Of a DNA stretch of 64,000 nucleotides, positions 57,115 to 64,000 are shown piece after piece. The DNA is from an uncultured Lachnospiraceae bacterium. GTDB lineage: Bacteria > Bacillota > Clostridia > Lachnospirales > Lachnospiraceae. Within the stretch, counting starts at the first letter, position 1; each line of letters begins with the position of its first letter. Below the pieces are notes generated by a model, which saw only the letters and a list, made by a program, of their open reading frames with translations, ran no database searches and had not been told where the DNA came from. The translations under genes were made by a program, and so were the position numbers. Location: NCBI GenBank assembly GCA_902776305.1, contig CACYPS010000036.1, positions 15,051 to 79,050 on the forward strand, given 5' to 3'.

Positions 57115-59245
57115 TGTGATAAAAGCAGTTGAAAATAAATATATAATCGGCTGTTTAGTTCTCCTCACTTTTTTGCTTTATCTGGGCGTGCGTTTGCCGG
57201 AATATCGCAGACAGTATTGGAATGAAGATGATTTGTTGCGACTCTCCGGAGCAGACATATATAGATATGCGGAAGGAATGGAGAACCTGGGAGGCGGTGC
57301 TGTAAAATTTATTGATGATAAATCAGAAATAAGGTGGGAAGACGATAACCTTTCCGGGACGCGATCTGTTCGCTTTTATATCACGGAGCTTAGTGTAGCC
57401 GGAATTCGGACGCTAATAACAGCTGATGGAAGTAGCGGCGAAATATTTCTCACTAAAGGAGAAAATACATATACATTTGCAGAGCCCATTCAGAAAGGCT
57501 GCATAACGGTTTCGATAATGGATGCGAGAGATGTCCGCCTGAATTGGGACCGGGTAGCTTTTGAAAAGCAAGAGGATCAGTATGTATTTCCTGCAACGCT
57601 GGCAATAATACTCATGACCTGCCTCTGTTTGATGCTCTATACAGGAAATACGGGAAATAGAGACTTTCGTGTTCACTGCTGCAGATTTTTTATCGTTATC
57701 CTGCTCTTTTATCAGGTGAGAAATATATTTTATTATTTTGATGATTATGGCTATCTATCGCTGTCTTATCAGAACTTGTATCATGTACAAGGAAATATTA
57801 ATTTGACGGATATTCTTTCATTTTTGAACCGGCATTATCTGAAATGGGGCGGAAGAGTATTGTATTTCTTTTTTCTGATCCTTTATGGCCGGAATATTTG
57901 GATAATACGCTTTGCACTGTGCCTCCATATTTTCATGATTGTGTATATTGGGGAAAAACTGATTGGATATGAGAAACCTCAGGCTCCGTGTATTCTTACC
58001 GCAGCGATGACGTTCCTTCTGTATGGATTAATCGAGGTGGAGTTCATGAGGGACGGCGTATATTGGTTCACAGCTTCCGCAATCTATGTATTCCCTGTTG
58101 TGTGGGTACTCTTGGGGGTCATTTGGATATATCAGGAAAGCTTTCAGGACAGAAAAACCGTTATCGGGAAAAGGAGCAAAACCGTAAGGATTCTTTGTCT
58201 GCCAATATTGTTCCTTGCGACTTGCTCACAGGAGCAAATCAGCCTGACTATGACGGCAATGGTATTGATTGCTACTGTCGAATATGTGATTAAAAGAAAA
58301 AGAATAGAGCCTTTTCACGTGTTGGCTAATATTGTGAGCTGGATCGGATCAGCAATACTGCTCTGTGCACCCGGAAACTATGAGCGGCTGAACGGCACGG
58401 AGGTAAAGAAAAGCATTATTGAATGTGCTGTCAGTGCCTTGCACATTGTTACGTCTGACTCAACAAAGTATATTACGATAGCATTTATGATTGCAGTATG
58501 TATGGTCGCTACAACTACAGCAAGGAAGACTTCCTACAGAGTGATCAGAGTTCTGTGCGTGAGTTGGATTCTTCTGAGTGCTGTTATTGGAATGATAATG
58601 TTCGCAGGTGGATATGGTATGCTGACTGCTATTCAAACCATATTCAGGATCATCCGACTTGAAAGGCTAAATGAATATGGAGATATGATTATGGCGATAT
58701 ATCTGGTGGGAAGCTGGATTCTGCTCATTGCCTGGTATACTGTTTTCCATAGACTCCGTATTTTTCGATGGATTCTGGTGGGTACTGCTGTTATATGCGG
58801 AACGGCTATTTTTTCACCGGATGTATCCCGACGTATGTTTGTTCCCTTCTATTTGCTTCTGATAATGGTAATCGGAGAAATAATGATTACTTTCGCGACA
58901 GACATGCAAGGAGCAAAACAACGGGTTTTTGCCGTGATTCTTGCAACGCTGACTGCCTGTGCAGGGTTGAATTATCATTACATTCTTTACGGATATTACA
59001 GAAATGCAGAGAGTGCCGAGTATAATATGGAGATTCTGCAGAATTTTGATAAATATGCCGATGATAATCATTATGTGCTTCTGGAAAAAAATCAGAATGA
59101 TACATTTGCCAATATGATGCCATATATGTCCGATTATGAGTACATTATGGATTATATAAAAGAAATGTACAGGATTCCGGATGATGCCATTATCAGATGG
59201 AAAGGAAGCTCAGATATTGCCGGGAGGAAGGAGACAGGACAATGA
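57107..59245 (+). CDS. DUF6056-like GT-C membrane protein
   Basis: YYFDDYGY, HYLKWGGRV, DGVYWFTASAIY, APGNYER. Confidence 0.68.
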   Translation: MSSVIKAVENKYIIGCLVLLTFLLYLGVRLPEYRRQYWNEDDLLRLSGADIYRYAEGMENLGGGAVKFIDDKSEIRWEDDNLSGTRSVRFYITELSVAGIRTLITADGSSGEIFLTKGENTYTFAEPIQKGCITVSIMDARDVRLNWDRVAFEKQEDQYVFPATLAIILMTCLCLMLYTGNTGNRDFRVHCCRFFIVILLFYQVRNIFYYFDDYGYLSLSYQNLYHVQGNINLTDILSFLNRHYLKWGGRVLYFFFLILYGRNIWIIRFALCLHIFMIVYIGEKLIGYEKPQAPCILTAAMTFLLYGLIEVEFMRDGVYWFTASAIYVFPVVWVLLGVIWIYQESFQDRKTVIGKRSKTVRILCLPILFLATCSQEQISLTMTAMVLIATVEYVIKRKRIEPFHVLANIVSWIGSAILLCAPGNYERLNGTEVKKSIIECAVSALHIVTSDSTKYITIAFMIAVCMVATTTARKTSYRVIRVLCVSWILLSAVIGMIMFAGGYGMLTAIQTIFRIIRLERLNEYGDMIMAIYLVGSWILLIAWYTVFHRLRIFRWILVGTAVICGTAIFSPDVSRRMFVPFYLLLIMVIGEIMITFATDMQGAKQRVFAVILATLTACAGLNYHYILYGYYRNAESAEYNMEILQNFDKYADDNHYVLLEKNQNDTFANMMPYMSDYEYIMDYIKEMYRIPDDAIIRWKGSSDIAGRKETGQ

Positions 59246-61545
59246 AATTCGCCGGGTATATAAGAATTGCTCTGGCGGTCATCCTTTTTACTGCTGATAT
59301 TGTCATTCTTATATGCGGATGGAATCATTTGTTCAGGAAAGAGACTGTTACCTGCAGTTTTGATTCGGAGCAGGTCGAAGCAGATACTGATTATAATAAA
59401 TACAGAATTTCATTTATTTCTGACTGCAGTAAAGTACAATCAATTGATGTATATTATGAAGGAAGACTGACTCCGGAGACGTTAGCTGTGCAAAGCATCC
59501 TATATGACGGATCCAGAAAGTATACAGAAATCAGAGAGGTTGTAATAAAATCGGACAGCCATATTGCGATAGAGCTGAATACAGAGCGGATCGTGATGGC
59601 AGACGGAACGTCAAAATATGATTTGTGCTTTGAAAAGGAAGATGATGTTCATCTGAAGGAAATAACTGCTAAAGTCTGTACGAAAAGTTATGTGGAAATC
59701 GGTATCTGGATGATACTATGGAGCGGAACACTATACTCGGTATTGTTGTCACGAAAAAAAGAGAGGAGAACGCTATGCACAACACAGTTATGCCTGATGC
59801 TGAGTGTTTCCGTAGCGGCTATAGGTTTTTTCTGTGTTGAACTGCTCGGCAACGAGTTGCTCGCTGAAATGACTCTGAAAGATACTGTGGCTAATATCGC
59901 TTTATTGACGATGCTCGGATTATTGATGTCAGTGATGTTTAATTCAGTGAGAAACGGTCTCATTTTTTTCCTCGTGCTCTATGGGGGACTGGGTATCGTG
60001 AATCATTATTTGATCATATTTCGTTCTCAACCGCTTCAGCCTTCTGATTTTTTCACTATTAGAACTGCTGCTGCTGTAGTCGGAAACTACAACTATAGTA
60101 TCGATCGTCACGTTGTTTATACGGTTTCGGCTATTGCCGCTTATCTTGTCATACTATTATGTTTAGGCAGGCTTGAGCTATTCAGGACTGTTCCGGGAAT
60201 CATTATCGCAAAATGCGGAGCGGTACTGATAGTTATTCTGTTTTTTGTTCTTACTTACCGAATTGGGAGGAATCCTATGATTCCGGAGCCTTCTTACTGG
60301 AACTCCATGGAGACATACACGGCGTCGGGATTCTTACCATCATTTATCAGCTACGGAAGGACGCTTATGCCACCTTCTATAGGATATTCAGACGAAAGGA
60401 CCAAGGCGGTTATGTCAGATATCAGCGCAAAGAAAGGACGCTGTTCTGATGCAGAGAAACCGAACATAATTGTTATAATGAATGAGGCGATGGCTGATTA
60501 TCGAAATTTGGGTGAATTTGAGATTTCAGATTCTCCTTACAGATTTTGGGATTCTCTTCGAGAAGAGAGCATATCAGGTCGGCTGATAGTACCGGTTTAC
60601 GCCGGAGGAACCGCGAATACGGAATATGAGTTTTTGACCGGAAACACGCTCAGCCTGTTTTCGGGCAATGGAGTTCCATATACTATGTACAAAGAAAGGC
60701 TGGATTATTCCCTGGCAGATGTTCTTGGTGCGCAGGGGTATGAGACAGTCGCTATGCATCCGAATGCACCTGCTAATTATAATCGGAACAAGGTTTATCC
60801 TGCTATGGGATTTGAGACATTTTTATCCGAGGAGAATTATTTTACAGACGCACATCGTCTAAGGGGGTTGGTTTCTGATTATGGTGATTACTCGGCTATG
60901 CTGAACTGGATAAATAACAGAACGGATGAACGACCGTATTTTATATTTAATGTCACCATGCAGAATCATTCTGATTATATTACAAATACTATTCCAATCG
61001 ATACATATGTAGAGGGGTGTGATTATAAGGATGTCAATGAATATATGACATTGCTGAAACGAAGCGATGAAGCTTTGGAATATCTGGTCGATTCATTGAG
61101 AAAACATGATAGTAAGACAGTTGTTGTTATATTCGGGGACCATTATCCGGCTCTTGCGGATTCATTTGTGAACACACTTCTTGAAAATGGAATTGCCGGA
61201 GAAAATGAAATAGCTAAGGAGTGGAGGTCTTATGAAGTACCACTCATGATTTGGGCAAATTACGACCTGTCTGAAGGCGGTCAGGATGATCTGTACATGA
61301 GTGCAAATTATCTTGGAGGATACCTGTTGAATATGCTTGGGCTCAGCCTGAGCCCTTATGAAACGTACTTACTGGAGCTTCAGGAAAAATTTCCTGTTAT
61401 TTCTAATGGTGGGTATATGACTGCTGACGGTCAGTATTATAGGATAGGAAGGATTCAGTCGCTGCCGGAACCATTATATGAATATTATCTGATGCAATAT
61501 GAACAAATATTTAAAAAGAGACAAAGAAAATTTTTCACCGGATAA
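59242..61545 (+). CDS. LTA synthase-family (alkaline phosphatase/sulfatase-fold) protein
   Basis: PNIIVIMNE, GGTANTEYEFLTG, TMQNH, FGDHYP; ATGA coupling at 59242. Confidence 0.88.
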   Translation: MKFAGYIRIALAVILFTADIVILICGWNHLFRKETVTCSFDSEQVEADTDYNKYRISFISDCSKVQSIDVYYEGRLTPETLAVQSILYDGSRKYTEIREVVIKSDSHIAIELNTERIVMADGTSKYDLCFEKEDDVHLKEITAKVCTKSYVEIGIWMILWSGTLYSVLLSRKKERRTLCTTQLCLMLSVSVAAIGFFCVELLGNELLAEMTLKDTVANIALLTMLGLLMSVMFNSVRNGLIFFLVLYGGLGIVNHYLIIFRSQPLQPSDFFTIRTAAAVVGNYNYSIDRHVVYTVSAIAAYLVILLCLGRLELFRTVPGIIIAKCGAVLIVILFFVLTYRIGRNPMIPEPSYWNSMETYTASGFLPSFISYGRTLMPPSIGYSDERTKAVMSDISAKKGRCSDAEKPNIIVIMNEAMADYRNLGEFEISDSPYRFWDSLREESISGRLIVPVYAGGTANTEYEFLTGNTLSLFSGNGVPYTMYKERLDYSLADVLGAQGYETVAMHPNAPANYNRNKVYPAMGFETFLSEENYFTDAHRLRGLVSDYGDYSAMLNWINNRTDERPYFIFNVTMQNHSDYITNTIPIDTYVEGCDYKDVNEYMTLLKRSDEALEYLVDSLRKHDSKTVVVIFGDHYPALADSFVNTLLENGIAGENEIAKEWRSYEVPLMIWANYDLSEGGQDDLYMSANYLGGYLLNMLGLSLSPYETYLLELQEKFPVISNGGYMTADGQYYRIGRIQSLPEPLYEYYLMQYEQIFKKRQRKFFTG

Positions 61546-62065
61546 ACCTGAAGAAACCGATTGGATAATTGTGATTTGGTCTGCGGTCTCCGCATGTCTT
61601 ATTACAATCGGTATAATCTGTCTTGCCAGAAGTGAAATGCACATCAAGTTGTCAAATAGGGATTCTGAGTATGAACGAATAGATGACGGACGATATGTTT
61701 TTCTTACAGGAGAAGATTCAAATATAGTAGCTTCTCTGATCTCACCGGAGCTGTCAGTGGGAGAAAACAATAAAGGCTATGGCGATGAGGCCCTGTTTTA
61801 TTTAACAAGGCAGCGAAACGGGTATTATTCAATAGTCTCGGTTTATTCATGGCGATACTGGACTGTAGATGAGAATGCGACGGTGACAACTGAAAAAGAG
61901 TTTACGGGAGATCCTGAACAACTTTGGATGGTTCGATACCTCGAAGAAGACCGATATGCGATCTGCACGTATGATGGAGGAATGGTCCGCATAGAAGACG
62001 GAAAAATGCTGATAGATAAAGAAAGGTGTACAGAGTTTAGATTTCTGTCGAGATATGAACATTGA
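61499..62065 (+). CDS. TM-anchored ricin-B-like domain protein
   Basis: One TM, then GYYSIVS and EQLWMV motifs. Confidence 0.6.
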   Translation: MNKYLKRDKENFSPDKPEETDWIIVIWSAVSACLITIGIICLARSEMHIKLSNRDSEYERIDDGRYVFLTGEDSNIVASLISPELSVGENNKGYGDEALFYLTRQRNGYYSIVSVYSWRYWTVDENATVTTEKEFTGDPEQLWMVRYLEEDRYAICTYDGGMVRIEDGKMLIDKERCTEFRFLSRYEH

Positions 62066-62156
62066 TTTGATTTCTGATTATTCACATGTTTTTTGCGAAC
62101 TCGCGGTATATTTTGCAATTATATCGAAAAAGTAAAACAAAAAGGAGGGTACAGGT

Positions 62157-63842
62157 ATGCCAGCAAAAAGAAATAGAATAATGATAATTATTATCGCAAT
62201 CTGCGCCGTGCTGATTGTTGTCCTTGCATGCGCACTGTTTTTTATCAGGCGTTCATCCGGCAACACTCCGGCAGCAGAGAAGGCCGAAAATAAAGTGGTT
62301 GTTGAGCGGGAATCTGAGACAGATGTGATAGATAATTCGGAGAATGGAGAGAAAGATAATTCAGAGAACGCGGAGAAGGATAATTCAAAGAATAGGGCAA
62401 AACCGACAGCCGGCTTGATAATGGAAGAAAGAGAAGTCTCGGCTAATCAACTGCCGGATGGGTACTATACGATAGCAAGTGCGCTTGATAATTCGGTTAT
62501 GATACATCCGGGAAGCAGTTCAGATGAAACCGGTTCGCGAGCTGAACTATGGGATACCGGTGATCTGAGTAATGAGATTTACTATTTTGAACTACAGAGT
62601 GATGGTTATTATAAAATTATTAATGTAAATTTACAGCAGGCACTTGATGTTAAAGATGCTTCCGAAGAATCAGGGGCAATACTGCAGCACAGAGATTACG
62701 ACGGGTCAAAGGGACAAAAATGGGTTTTGACATCGGATGATGGAGGGCATATGAAGATTGAGTCTGCTCTCGGAACTTGTCTGGATTGTGCTGAAGGGGC
62801 ACATGTAAACGGAACAGAAATTCTTTTGGTCGAAGAAAACGGCGGATTAAATCAAAAGTGGGATCTTTACAGGAACGGAGTATTTAATCCGCTGTATGGA
62901 GTAAGGGCAGGAGATTATAAAATAGCTACTTCTTTAAATCTTAATAAAGTGATTGAGCCGGCTAATTCCGAATATGAAAACGATACGCAGATCGTTTTAT
63001 CAGATATTGGAGATGGTGCTCAGCTGTATCATATCGAGATGCAGATGGACGGATATTATGAAATTCTGACAGCAGACAGAACAAAATCTGTTTCTGTCAA
63101 GGATGCGTCTGCAGAAAACGGAGCTAAGCTGACTTTGAATGAATACAGTGCGTCACCTAATCAGCAATGGAGCATAGATATTACCGAGGATGGGTATTAT
63201 AGTGTTTCTTCGTCTCTCGGAACCTATATGGATGATGCGAAATCAAGTCTTGAGAATGGCAACGAAATTTTGTTGTGTGATTTTAATGCAAATCCGAATC
63301 AGAAATGGGCTCTTTTGCCTGAAGGGATACAGCTTGGAGATATGTATGCAACGGCTGTGAGCGGTGTGTATTCAGAGGGAACAGCACAAGTTCCAGAAAA
63401 GGTAGAATCAGGATTATATCAAATTACCAGTGCCATGGACGATGAAAAAGCGCTTCACATTGTTGACGAGAGTGATGCAGAGGGAAGTGAACTGGAGATA
63501 CTTTACAAACAGAGGGGCACCGAGTACTTTACATTTTTCATAGGAGATAATGAGGATGGTACTTACCGAATAACTTCTGATGCTGCAGGCGGGCTGTCTC
63601 TGGATGTGATGGATGCATCGCCGGAATCAGGTGCGCACCTTCAGATGAGGAAATATGATGCAACTACGGGACAGAGATGGATTATTGTTCCGTCAGCGGA
63701 GGGAACGAGATATGTAATCAAATCAGAGCTTGGAACATGTCTTGACATTGACTATGCGTCGGCAGAGGATGGAACACATGTAAATATGTATCAGGTTACA
63801 GAAGCAGAGAATCAGCTTTGGAATTTGCATCGCATCGGATAA
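62157..63842 (+). CDS. Membrane-anchored protein with three ricin-B lectin domains
   Basis: Repeated LDVxDAS..GA and QxW motifs (GQKW, NQKW, NQQW, GQRW, NQLW). Confidence 0.85.
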   Translation: MPAKRNRIMIIIIAICAVLIVVLACALFFIRRSSGNTPAAEKAENKVVVERESETDVIDNSENGEKDNSENAEKDNSKNRAKPTAGLIMEEREVSANQLPDGYYTIASALDNSVMIHPGSSSDETGSRAELWDTGDLSNEIYYFELQSDGYYKIINVNLQQALDVKDASEESGAILQHRDYDGSKGQKWVLTSDDGGHMKIESALGTCLDCAEGAHVNGTEILLVEENGGLNQKWDLYRNGVFNPLYGVRAGDYKIATSLNLNKVIEPANSEYENDTQIVLSDIGDGAQLYHIEMQMDGYYEILTADRTKSVSVKDASAENGAKLTLNEYSASPNQQWSIDITEDGYYSVSSSLGTYMDDAKSSLENGNEILLCDFNANPNQKWALLPEGIQLGDMYATAVSGVYSEGTAQVPEKVESGLYQITSAMDDEKALHIVDESDAEGSELEILYKQRGTEYFTFFIGDNEDGTYRITSDAAGGLSLDVMDASPESGAHLQMRKYDATTGQRWIIVPSAEGTRYVIKSELGTCLDIDYASAEDGTHVNMYQVTEAENQLWNLHRIG

Positions 63843-63952
63843 TTTATAACAGAAAAAAAAATATCTTTTGAGGTATATTCGGAGATGTGAAAAAAATACA
63901 TAAGTGGTACACTATTATATAGATTTATAACTAGTAAGTGGAGGATGAAAAG

Positions 63953-64000
63953 ATGACCGGAGTCAAAAGAGTGTGTCAAAAATGTGGTGTAGAACTAAAA
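63953..64000 (+). CDS. Start of a zinc-ribbon protein, truncated by the window
   Basis: GGAGG RBS; MTGVKRVCQKCGVELK. Confidence 0.55.
   Translation, partial: MTGVKRVCQKCGVELK

Overview
A 64-kb window from a Lachnospiraceae/Clostridia-like Firmicute; the taxonomy is inferred from gene content. It has two parts. (1) Bases 1-29.3 kb are higher in GC and look like core chromosome: pepF (partial), a MoxR-DUF58-DUF4129 operon, a Zn-ribbon protein, a cytidylate-kinase-like gene, two paralogous TolA-like rod proteins, two PfkB kinases, an L,D-transpeptidase, an oxidoreductase, a class A PBP, fprA, an S8 protease-ricin surface protein and a GT-C-like membrane protein. The intergenic spaces hold four arrays (26 units) of one palindromic element, TTACCGAAGTA-N17-TACTTCGGTAA. 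Unit periods are almost all 73, 74 or 84 bp, equal to 7 or 8 helical turns. There are also 46-, 64- and 171-bp tandem repeats and a DnaA-box cluster not linked to dnaA. (2) Bases 29.3-64 kb are lower in GC and all on the + strand. In order they encode a Tad/Flp pilus locus; a Ser/Thr phosphorylation module (two FHA proteins, two PP2C phosphatases, a Hanks kinase, and a pseudokinase-TM-ricin protein); a Wzm/Wzt glycan export locus with a methyltransferase-coiled-coil-GT2-GT4 protein; an LTA-synthase-like gene; and ricin lectins. The first FHA gene has a Q/N/W prion-like repeat broken by a 4-bp duplication. I saw no rRNA, tRNA, CRISPR array, integrase or transposase. All domain calls come from motif recognition by eye; no database searches were run.
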